Of a stretch of 41,040 nt of DNA, positions 31,043 through 40,020 are shown one piece after another. Source of the DNA: an uncultured Verrucomicrobiae bacterium. GTDB lineage: Bacteria; Verrucomicrobiota; Verrucomicrobiia; Limisphaerales; JAFGQR01. Made by a program: the position numbers and the translations under genes. The stretch spans positions 1 to 41,040 of the forward strand of contig CAWBHS010000069.1 of assembly GCA_963788655.1 (NCBI GenBank). The letters run 5' to 3'. Within the stretch, counting starts at the first letter, position 1, and every line of letters begins with the position of its first letter. The notes under the pieces are model-generated. The model saw only the letters and a program-made list of their open reading frames with translations. It ran no database searches and had not been told where the DNA came from.

Positions 31043-34000
31043 ATGGACCCCTCCCCTTCCCTCCTCCCTCCTCCGGCACGCGGCCCTATTGCGTGGATGG
31101 TCCGCAACCGGGTGACGCCCAATCTGCTGATGATCGCGTTGCTGCTGGGCGGATTGTTCATGTCCACGCGGATCAAGCAGGAGGTCTTTCCCGAGTTCCA
31201 GGAAGACATCGTTTCCATCACCGTCGGCTATCGCGGCGCCAGTCCGGAGGAAGTCGAGCAAGGCATCATCCTCGCCATCGAAGAAGGCGTGCGGGCCATC
31301 GAAGGCGTCAAGGAAGTCACCGCCACTGCCAGCGAAGGCTCCGGCCGGGTCAACGTGGAACTGCAGGCCGACGCGGACCAACAAAAGGCCTACCAGGACA
31401 TCAAGCAGGCGGTCGATCGCATCGTGACCTTTCCCAAGGACGTCGAACGGCCCGAGGTTTCGCTCGAAGTACACCGGCATGAAGTGCTCTCGCTGCAACT
31501 CTACGGCAACGTCAGCGAATGGTCGTTGCGCAACCTGGCCGAGGAAGTGCGGGACCGGCTGCTCCAGGATCCCGAGATCACGCAGGTGGACCTATTGGGC
31601 ACGCGCGATTACGAAGTCCACGTCGAGGTGTCCCAGGAAAACCTGCGCACGTACGGATTGACCCTCCAGCAGATCGCCCAAAAGATTGGCTCAACGTCGG
31701 TTGAGATTCCCGGTGGCGGCGTTAAAACCGAAGGTGGCGAAATCCTGGTGCGTTTCAAGGAACGCCGCGATTGGGCGGCCGAGTTTGCCAATATTCCCAT
31801 CGTCACCACCCCAGAGGGCGCCGTCCTGAGCCTGGCCGATATTGCGCGCGTGCGCGACGATTTCCGGGACGTGAACAGCCTGGCCACCTACGACAGCCAA
31901 CGCGCCATCGGCATCGGCGTCTTCCGGGTCGGGGAGGAAACGCCAATCGGCGTTTCGGATGCCGTGCATCGGGCGATGGCGCAAATCGAGGCGGATCTCC
32001 CGCCAGGCGTCCATTACACCATCAACCGCGACCGGTCCGAGATTTACCGCCAACGGCTGCAATTGCTGCTCAAGAATGCCTTTTGGGGGCTGTGCCTGGT
32101 GTTGCTGGTGCTCGGGCTGTTCCTCGAATTCAAACTGGCGTTCTGGGTGACCATGGGCATCCCCACGTCGTTTCTCGGGGCACTGCTGTTCCTGCCCGGC
32201 TTGGGGGTGACCATCAACATGATTTCCATGTTCGCCTTCATTGTCGCGCTCGGAATTGTGGTCGATGACGCCATTGTGGCGGGGGAGAACATTTACGAAT
32301 ACCGCCAGCAAGGAATGAGCTTCATTGACGCCGCCATCCGGGGCGCGCGCGACGTCGGCGTGCCCATCGGTTTCAGCATCCTCACCAATATCGTAGCCTT
32401 CATCCCGCTGTATTGCATTCCGGGCACGTTCGGGAAAATTTGGAAGGTCATTCCGTTGGTGGTCGTCACCACGTTTCTGATTTCCTGGGTGGAATCGATA
32501 TTCGTTTTACCCTCGCACTTGGCGCACACGCGCAGCAAGCCGAGTTCCGCCCTGGCCACCACTCTGCACCGCTGGCAACAAGCGTTCAGTCGGCTGTTCC
32601 TGCGGTTCATTGAGAACGTCTATGGGCCATTCCTGGATCGCTGTCTGCGCTGGCGTTTTCTCACCGTCGCGGTCGGAATTGCGTTGCTGACTGCCATTCT
32701 GGGCTACGTCATGAGCGGTCGCATGGGACTCATTCTCATGCCCCGGGTCGAAGCAGACTATGCGGTGGTAACCGCCGTATTGCCCTATGGCAGTCCGATG
32801 TCCAGCGCCGAGGCGATCCGCGACCGGTTGGTGACCGCGGCGAATGCCGTAGCCAAAGAACACGGAGGCGAGCGGTTGGTCGAGGGAACCTTCGCGGTCA
32901 TTCGAGAGAACCAGGTCGAGGTTTTTGTCTATCTCACCGATCCCGACGTGCGCCCCTTGCACACCGCGGAGGTCACCAAACTCTGGCGCGAACGTGTCGG
33001 CCAGATTGTCGGGCTGGAGTCGCTCCAGTTTATCGCGGACCGGGGCGGTCCCGGATCCGGCGCGTCGTTGACGATTGAATTGAGCCATCGGGATATTGAC
33101 GTGCTCGACCGGGCCAGTGCGGCGCTGGCCGAGCAACTGGCCGAGTTCCCCAACACCAAGGACATTGATGACGGTTACACGCCCGGCAAACAGCAGCTTG
33201 ATTTCAAGCTCAAGCCCGAAGGCCGCAGTCTTGGGTTGACCTCGCAAGAAGTGGCGCGCCAGGTGCGCAATTCGTTCTACGGCGCCGAAGCGCTACGCCA
33301 ACAACGCGGCCGCAATGAAGTCCGCGTGATGGTGCGGTTGCCGGAAGCCCAACGGATCAGCGAATACGACATCGAAAACCTGCTCATTCGCACGCCATCC
33401 GGCCACGACGTGGCCCTGCGGGAGGTTGCGAAAGTCACGCGCGGCCGGGCCTACACCAGCATCACCCGCCGCAATGGCCGGCGCACGGTGACGGTCACCG
33501 CCGACGTGGAACCAATGGGCGAAACCAGTCAGGTCATGGCCACGCTGAATGCTTCCGTCCTCCCCCAATTGGCGCGGGACTATCCGGGATTGACCTATGG
33601 CTACGAAGGCCGGCAGGCGGACATGAAGGAAAGCCTTCAGAGCCTGCTGGGCGGCTTCGTGCTGGCGCTGCTGGCCGTCTATTTTTTGCTGGCCATTCCC
33701 TTCCGCAGCTACAGCCAGCCGCTGATCGTGATGGTTAGCATTCCCTTCGGCACCGTCGGCGCGGTGCTGGGACATTTGCTCATGGGCTACAATCTCAGCG
33801 TCATGAGCATGATGGGCGTGGTCGCACTGGCCGGGGTGGTGGTGAACGATTCGTTGGTCCTGATCAATTACACCAATGAACGCCGCCGGACCGGTGAAGG
33901 CGCGCGCGACGCCGTACGCAACGCCGGCGTTCGCCGCTTCCGTCCGATCTTGCTGACGACGCTGACGACGTTTGGTGGGCTGGCGCCGATGATATTCGAA

Positions 34001-34192
34001 ACCTCCCGCCAAGCGCGGTTCATGATCCCGATGGCCCTCTCGCTCGGTTATGGAATCCTGTTTGCCACGGTGATCTCGCTCATCCTGGTGCCGTGTCTCT
34101 ACTTGATTATCGAAGATGCCGGAAGCCTGTTCCGGGTGCGCGACGCGCAGAAGTCGGAGGAGTTGCCCGCGATGGAGTCGGAACCGGCGTGA
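31043..34192 (+). CDS. RND efflux permease (AcrB/AcrD/AcrF family)
   Basis: 1049 aa; YRGASPEEVEQGI, ALGIVVDDAIVAGENI, GVVVNDSLVL and RFRPILLTTLTT motifs. Confidence 0.95.
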   Translation: MDPSPSLLPPPARGPIAWMVRNRVTPNLLMIALLLGGLFMSTRIKQEVFPEFQEDIVSITVGYRGASPEEVEQGIILAIEEGVRAIEGVKEVTATASEGSGRVNVELQADADQQKAYQDIKQAVDRIVTFPKDVERPEVSLEVHRHEVLSLQLYGNVSEWSLRNLAEEVRDRLLQDPEITQVDLLGTRDYEVHVEVSQENLRTYGLTLQQIAQKIGSTSVEIPGGGVKTEGGEILVRFKERRDWAAEFANIPIVTTPEGAVLSLADIARVRDDFRDVNSLATYDSQRAIGIGVFRVGEETPIGVSDAVHRAMAQIEADLPPGVHYTINRDRSEIYRQRLQLLLKNAFWGLCLVLLVLGLFLEFKLAFWVTMGIPTSFLGALLFLPGLGVTINMISMFAFIVALGIVVDDAIVAGENIYEYRQQGMSFIDAAIRGARDVGVPIGFSILTNIVAFIPLYCIPGTFGKIWKVIPLVVVTTFLISWVESIFVLPSHLAHTRSKPSSALATTLHRWQQAFSRLFLRFIENVYGPFLDRCLRWRFLTVAVGIALLTAILGYVMSGRMGLILMPRVEADYAVVTAVLPYGSPMSSAEAIRDRLVTAANAVAKEHGGERLVEGTFAVIRENQVEVFVYLTDPDVRPLHTAEVTKLWRERVGQIVGLESLQFIADRGGPGSGASLTIELSHRDIDVLDRASAALAEQLAEFPNTKDIDDGYTPGKQQLDFKLKPEGRSLGLTSQEVARQVRNSFYGAEALRQQRGRNEVRVMVRLPEAQRISEYDIENLLIRTPSGHDVALREVAKVTRGRAYTSITRRNGRRTVTVTADVEPMGETSQVMATLNASVLPQLARDYPGLTYGYEGRQADMKESLQSLLGGFVLALLAVYFLLAIPFRSYSQPLIVMVSIPFGTVGAVLGHLLMGYNLSVMSMMGVVALAGVVVNDSLVLINYTNERRRTGEGARDAVRNAGVRRFRPILLTTLTTFGGLAPMIFETSRQARFMIPMALSLGYGILFATVISLILVPCLYLIIEDAGSLFRVRDAQKSEELPAMESEPA

Positions 34193-34212
34193 AATTCAAC
34201 CGCGATTGATCC

Positions 34213-34329
34213 GTAGGTAAGGCGTCTCGCCGGTCCCAAACTGCCTAACGACGGTCACCATTTCTGTTGTATGTTCTGCAACAGGGGGCAGGCTTCGGTC
34301 ATTCGAGACAGCCGGGACGGCTGTCCTAC
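34213..34329. repeat. GTAG-type REP pair, same family as 30814-31000
   Basis: gtaggtaaggcgtctcgccggtccc (34213, degenerate forward copy) and tcattcgagacagccgggacggctgtcctac (34299-34329, reverse). Confidence 0.8.
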
Positions 34330-34347
34330 ATTATCCGCAACGCGCGG

Positions 34348-37038
34348 CTACGGCTGGCCCAGCCGGAAAAACCGCCTGCCGCCATCCAGGTCCACAGTCA
34401 CGGTATTCGTCCCATTAGCTGACTGCACCAAGTTTGTGACGACCGACCAATCCAACCCGAAGGCTGCGTCGGTCGATTCCAAATGGTATCCCAGCGTGCT
34501 GGCCGACCAGGACAATACCAACTGACTGGATTGGCGAACGGCCTTCAATTCCGGCGCGCGTTGCTGGCCGCTGCCGCTCAGCTTCAGATCAAACGTCAAA
34601 TCCGAACTGGTGCCGCTTTGCTGATGGACTTCCACGGCGAGCAGGTTGGCGCCGGCCCGGAGCAACGCCGGACTGATGTTGGTGGAATAGAACGTGGTTT
34701 CGTCGGCGCCACCCACTGCGACCGGCGCGCGGGTCAAGTAATCAATGGTTCCCCCCGGCAGGTTGCTGCGGAATACCTCGGTCCCATTCAGATAAACGAC
34801 CGCACCGTCATCGCGCTCGAGACCGAGGGTGAGATTCGTGAGCGCTGCCGGATCATTCACCACGAACGTCCGACGGAAATACGTGGTGATGTACTTGTTG
34901 GTTTCCTCCGGGCCAAAACTGACAATGGTCGGCTGGTTGTCGCCGTAACCCAGCGGGGCCGGTCCGGACGCCCAGGCGTTGTCATCGAAGTCCGTCGTCC
35001 GCCACGCGGTGCCTTGATCCGAGCCGTCGTCCAGGTATTTCCAAATGGCTCCCGCGGCAACCAGCGAAGCGTCCACGCGAACGTTGACTGCTGCGGAGTT
35101 AGTAACCAACGCCCCGTCGTAAATGGCCCGCGCCGTCAGGACATAACTGCCCACCGCCACGTTGGTCCAGGTGAAAGCAAACGGCGGGGCGGTATCCTCG
35201 CCCAGCTTCACGCCATCGGCCAGAAACTCCACCTTGCTGATCCGATTCGCATAATCGACCACGCTGGTTTCCAGCGGAATGCTGGCAGGCGTGACGAAGA
35301 CTTCATTGGCCGCCGGTTGTAACCACGCGATGCTCGGTGCGCCCAGCGAACCGTCGAGACTTTGGAAGATGCCCTGGCTCGCATTGAAATAACTGCCGCT
35401 GGAACTCCGTTCCAATTTGACTGCCCGCACCATATACACGGCCGCTTCGGTGACCGTGTCCGTGTATTTGGTGTCCGCAATCAAGGCGGCATTCAGCCGA
35501 ACGAACGGTCCGGCGGCGGCAGGCGCGCCATAAACGTGATAGCCGGCCACTGAGTCCGTGGATTCATTCCACCGCAACTCCGCTTCGCCGTTGTCTTTTG
35601 TGGTCACTGTCAGGGCCGCAGGCGGCGCCACGGGCTGCAGCCGCAGCGTGGGATCGCCCATCAACGCGACGTGAACGCCGCGCGCGGAATTGTTGGCCAC
35701 ATACAAACTCGAATTGTTTTGCGACACTCGCGTGCTGAACCCAATCGTTTCCCCGAGCGCCGTATGGTGAAACTGCCAGTGCGGACGGCCTGCCCACGCG
35801 CAAGTCAACGCGTAGGTCGGCGTGGCCAGCGGAGCGCGCAGAAAGTTATTTTGCGAATCCCAATCGCCAAAGAAACTGCCGAAGAGCATCGTGAACACAA
35901 CCTGAGGATCGCTGGCGGCGAAGTCGGCGGTCGAACCCACTCCTCCGGCGCTCGTATAGCTGCCCCCGCCACAGCCGTATCCCCACAAATAACTCCCGGT
36001 CGCCAGGGTCGTGAACCAGTCGCGGGCAAACGTGTTGCCCGCGCCGAAGCACGCCGCAATGTTCCGCCAGCCGTTGACGGCAAACGCCTCACCGCTGAAG
36101 GTGCCGAAATTGTCGTCGATCAAACCGCGCGGCTGGGCGGTGACGAACTTGTGGCGGAAGTTATGGTCTTTGTTCAAGTATTGCCGAAGGAGTTCCGTTT
36201 CGCTCAGCGCGAAGGCTGGCAAATTAGCGAGGTCCACCCGACCAAGCTCCAGTTCCACGTCGGACGGCAGACTCGATTGATCGTATTTGCCGTCGCCCGG
36301 CACGTTATGATTGCGCGTGCTGCTGGCCGTGGTGTTGGTCACCGAGGTGTCTGTCCAATGCCCGTCCATGTCACCGTAAAACACGTCTGCCGGCCAGGCA
36401 CCTCGATGGTTCGAGTGACCGTCCGGATTCAAGTTGCCCGAATACGGCACCGGCACATGGCCAAAGAGGAAGAGCGCCCTGACGTTGGTCGGATCGGCAT
36501 TGTAGTCCGATTCGATCAGTGATTTGACGGATGGCACCGAGGCGGTGGGAGACACGTCATGCCGTAACACGATCCAACCGTCCCCCACCAAATCCTGCTC
36601 AAGCCGCGCCAGTTCACGCGCCAGACTGGTGGACTGGGTATCATCCACCAGCAAGATCACTTTGCCGCGAGTCTCAATCAGGGGAGCTTCGATACCGGCA
36701 TAAATGTAACCATATCCCGTGTAACCGGAAGCGCTTTTGGTGATCCGATATTCGTAGGTGCCGCCGATGGTCACATTCGTATCGACATAGGTGGTGGCAT
36801 TCGCGGCCAGCATCGTGCCGGGTCCCCACGTGGTGGCGTCCCGCGTTTTCCGATACACCGAGTAACCAGTTGCGGCGGTGTCACCGGGCCAAGTGAGGAT
36901 GATGCGCGGCGGGGTGGCCAGCACGGCGGCGCTAATGCGCACGGCATAATCAGCAACCGACTGGGCCTGGCCGGAAAGAGGGTCTGCCAGCAGTGCCGCC
37001 AGCACGCCTGCCAGACACACGTTTCGCAGGTGGATCAT
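34348..37038 (-). CDS. Secreted multidomain protein: FN3-like, gingipain/C25-like core, FN3, bacterial Ig, galactose-binding-like domain and C-terminal FFRL domain
   Basis: Signal peptide MIHLRNVCLAGVLAALLADPLSGQA (alternative GTG 37056). LFLFGHVPVPYSG..ADVFYGDMDG..ELGRVDL, MGDPTLR, KVEFLADG..PPFAFTW, WKYLDDGSDQGTAWR..DDGAVVYLNG..LAVEVHQ..SSD; ends RRFFRLGQP. Confidence 0.75.
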   Translation of the reverse strand: MIHLRNVCLAGVLAALLADPLSGQAQSVADYAVRISAAVLATPPRIILTWPGDTAATGYSVYRKTRDATTWGPGTMLAANATTYVDTNVTIGGTYEYRITKSASGYTGYGYIYAGIEAPLIETRGKVILLVDDTQSTSLARELARLEQDLVGDGWIVLRHDVSPTASVPSVKSLIESDYNADPTNVRALFLFGHVPVPYSGNLNPDGHSNHRGAWPADVFYGDMDGHWTDTSVTNTTASSTRNHNVPGDGKYDQSSLPSDVELELGRVDLANLPAFALSETELLRQYLNKDHNFRHKFVTAQPRGLIDDNFGTFSGEAFAVNGWRNIAACFGAGNTFARDWFTTLATGSYLWGYGCGGGSYTSAGGVGSTADFAASDPQVVFTMLFGSFFGDWDSQNNFLRAPLATPTYALTCAWAGRPHWQFHHTALGETIGFSTRVSQNNSSLYVANNSARGVHVALMGDPTLRLQPVAPPAALTVTTKDNGEAELRWNESTDSVAGYHVYGAPAAAGPFVRLNAALIADTKYTDTVTEAAVYMVRAVKLERSSSGSYFNASQGIFQSLDGSLGAPSIAWLQPAANEVFVTPASIPLETSVVDYANRISKVEFLADGVKLGEDTAPPFAFTWTNVAVGSYVLTARAIYDGALVTNSAAVNVRVDASLVAAGAIWKYLDDGSDQGTAWRTTDFDDNAWASGPAPLGYGDNQPTIVSFGPEETNKYITTYFRRTFVVNDPAALTNLTLGLERDDGAVVYLNGTEVFRSNLPGGTIDYLTRAPVAVGGADETTFYSTNISPALLRAGANLLAVEVHQQSGTSSDLTFDLKLSGSGQQRAPELKAVRQSSQLVLSWSASTLGYHLESTDAAFGLDWSVVTNLVQSANGTNTVTVDLDGGRRFFRLGQP

Positions 37039-37229
37039 CGGGCCGAAACTTGCCACAATCCGCCGTCAATGAAAAGTCGCTTTGCGGCGTATATTGGCGT
37101 GTCGGCGCCCGTGCGTGCGGTCATCCCGGCTGCGGCGACATTTACAAAAATATCGCCACCAAAAAATGCCCGACGTTCAAAGCAGGTTTGAACTTACCAG
37201 TCGCGCGTCGAGACCGTCCCAGGTGTGTC

Positions 37230-37261
37230 GTCGGGGTTGACCCGTGAGGGTGAAGCCCGAC
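37230..37261. other. GC-rich hairpin downstream of the sulfatase stop (possible terminator or stability element)
   Basis: gtcggg-gttgaccc-gtga-gggtgaag-cccgac; no clear U-tract. Confidence 0.35.
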
Positions 37262-37271
37262 CACTGAACCA

Positions 37272-39288
37272 CTAATGCAAGGTTGACACCCACTCTTGGT
37301 GCAACTTCTGCAAGCGCTGCACTTCCTCCGGATGCGTGGCCGCAAAATTGGTCATCTCGGTTTTATCTTCGTTCGGATTGGACAGAAAGAACTTGTCGGC
37401 AGCGCTCAGGGGCCCCTTCTTGGAGGTGTCTTGCGGATTGGCAATCAACTTCCAATCGCCCTCTCGCACCGCCCATTGTTTACCCATGGTCCAGTGCAAG
37501 ATCTGATGCGGTGACGTGGCATTGGAATTCTGAATCACTGCGCGAATATCTTTGCCATCGATGTCGTTGGCCAACAGCTTCACGCCGCAAAAGTCGGCCA
37601 GCGTTGGCAGCCAGTCACAACTGTGAACAAGCTGCCCGCGAACTTCGCCTTCCGGCAAATGCCCGGGCCAACTGATGATCGCCGGCACGCGAATGCCGCC
37701 TTCAAAGAGACTGAATTTGGCGCCGCGATACGGGCCGGCACTGCCGCCGCCGAAATGCGCCCGTTCTTCCGTCGAATACCCGTTGTCCGATTGATAAACG
37801 ATGATGGTGTCCTGGCGCAAATCCGAGTTCGTCGAGCTTCGTGATCAGTTGCCGCACCCGCACATCGAGCGTCGAGACAAACGCCGCATACAAGTTGCGC
37901 GGATACGGCAAGTTGCGGTACTGCTCCAGCCAGCAGGGCTTGCCTTGATACGGATAGTGCGGCGTGTTCATGGCGAAGTAGAGGAAGAACGGCTGCTCTC
38001 GATGCTGCTCGATGAAGCGCACTGCTTCCGCCAGCATGAGGTCGGGAAAGAACTTGCCCGGTTCGTACACCTCTTTGCCATTGCGCCACAGGTCGTGTCG
38101 ATTCGGGCCCGCCCAGTAGAAGAAATGGGAGTAGTTGTCAATGCAACCACCCATGTGGCCGAACGAATAGTCGAAACCCTGACCGTTGGGCATCGAATCC
38201 GGTTCGTACCCCAAATGCCACTTGCCGATATGCGCCGTGGCGTAGCCGGCCGCCTTGAACGTTTCGGCCATGGTCACCTGCGTGGTGGGCATTCCTTTCC
38301 CTCCGTGCGACGAACTGGCATTGCCCGGCATTCCGGCGTGCAGAGGATACTTGCCAGTGAGCAACGCCGCGCGCGACGGCGAACAAACCGGCGCGCCCGA
38401 GTAAAACTGAGTGAATCTCACCCCTCGTTCCGCCAGTTCATCAATGCCCGGCGTCAACAAATCGGTCGCCCCGTAGCAATTTGCGTCGATGGTGCCCTGG
38501 TCGTCCGTCATGATGACGATCACGTTGGGTCGGCGTCGCGGACGGTTCGTTGCGGTGGGTATCGAAACGCCGAAAGCAGTCCGAATGTGCCGCGCGACCT
38601 CGGCCGCCAAAAGCTGGTAGCCTTCCTTGGTGAAATGCACATTCACGGGCAGTTGGATTTTCTCCAATTGGGGCAACGCCAGACTGTAAAGGTCGTCAAT
38701 GGCGATTCCGTGTTCACGCATGATCCGCAGTGCAGTTCGGTTGTAGCGCGAAACGTCCTCCACGTCGCGATGCGGTTTGACGCCGCCAGTCGGCACGGGC
38801 GTGGTGGTGGCCCATATCAGCTTGGCACCGGTGGTTTCGAGCCGCGCCACGATCTGCTGGAGTTGCCGCTCATAAGCTTCCGGCTCGGCTTGTCGCAGAT
38901 CCTCTGGATTGTTCGAAGCCTGTCCGGTTTGTGGATTAACGCGCTTCAAATCGTGCAGGCCGAAATTGAAGTGGATGACATCCCATTTGCCGCCCTCCAG
39001 TTTCAACCAGCGGTCGATGGCCTGAACGCCCTTCGTGGTGCCGTCACAATTCTCCGGACGATTTCCGTTCATCGGCCGCACCACCACTGCCTCCTTGGAC
39101 AGCATCTGCTGCACGAACGGTGTGTACCCGATGGAAATGGAATCGCCGAGGATCAACACGTGTTTCTTGGGGGTCGCCGCCGTCGTCGGTTCGTCCGCAG
39201 CCCGCGCCCAGGTACCACCAAGAATGAAGATCCCGAGGACAAACAACCATTGAACAGAAAAAGACAACTTTCTGGGAAACGAGTTCAT
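37272..39288 (-). CDS. Fusion: signal peptide, SGNH/GDSL hydrolase and formylglycine-dependent (S1) sulfatase; one apparent +1 frameshift at ~37820
   Basis: GDSISIG, HFNFGLHD and NVHF (SGNH); RPNVIVIMTDDQG, CSPSRAALLTG and HIGKWHLG (sulfatase). After the shift: YQSDNG, YRGAKFSLFEGGIRVP, AVREGDWKL. Confidence 0.88.
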
Positions 39289-39493
39289 GCGTGGATTGTC
39301 AGCACAAGAAGCGTGAACGGAAAAGGAAAAATGAAGGCGCAGGAATGGTGATTGGTTGAAGGGTTCAGCAAAAAGGGGAGCGTGCCCGCCCCGGGCGCTG
39401 TGGTTGGCGCCTCGCCAACCACTTTCGCGCACCCCGACTTGCGAAGACAGCAACATTGGATCGTTGGCGGCTGGTTTGAACGGGCCTCGAAAG

Positions 39494-39640
39494 TCGCGCC
39501 AGCGTTTGGAGTGCGTCCGGCTTGCCGGCGCTTTCGGATGGAAGACGATCCTCACATTGCTGCGGGCGTCCCACTGCTCCTGGTCCATTCTTCGTCCAGC
39601 AAAAGCGGGAGCAAGCTCCACGCAATCCAAACACTTCGCG
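39494..39640. repeat. GGAG-type REP pair element, inverted relative to the copy at 21948-22097
   Basis: tcgcgccagcgtttggagtgcgtccggcttgccggcgctttcg ... aaaagcgggagcaagctccacgcaatccaaacacttcgcg. Confidence 0.82.
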
Positions 39641-40020
39641 TAATTCAGAGGCCCGCTGGCAAAACGCGCCCGCCGGTTTCGGCTTGTTGCAGGGCGCCCA
39701 GGAGCAACGTCTTCATGAGCAGGTGGGTGGCAGCCATTACTGAAGGGGGAACGTCAAGGGCATCACCGGGACGAAAGGGGCGAAGGGGACGCCAGCGGTT
39801 GGAGCCGATGATCGGGGCGATGACGGCGGTAGAGCAGTCGCCGACTACCCAGGCCAATGCGGGGACTGCGCCGTGCGCGCAGTGACTATCGCCACGCCGC
39901 AACCTTACGAGCCGGTTGACCCGGCGCTGGCCAACGTGAGCGCCTCGACCGGAGGACGCTCAAAAAGCGCTGGACACAGGAGCGCCCGCAACGGTGTCAA
40001 CGTGGGCACGCCGCCCGGCC

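Noticed and set aside
34243..34290. attC site starting GCCTAAC
   Set aside because: No matching GTTRRRY or L-box pairing downstream; it lies inside a REP pair.
39937..39966. Intrinsic terminator for intI
   Set aside because: The A/T run is on the wrong side of the hairpin for either strand.
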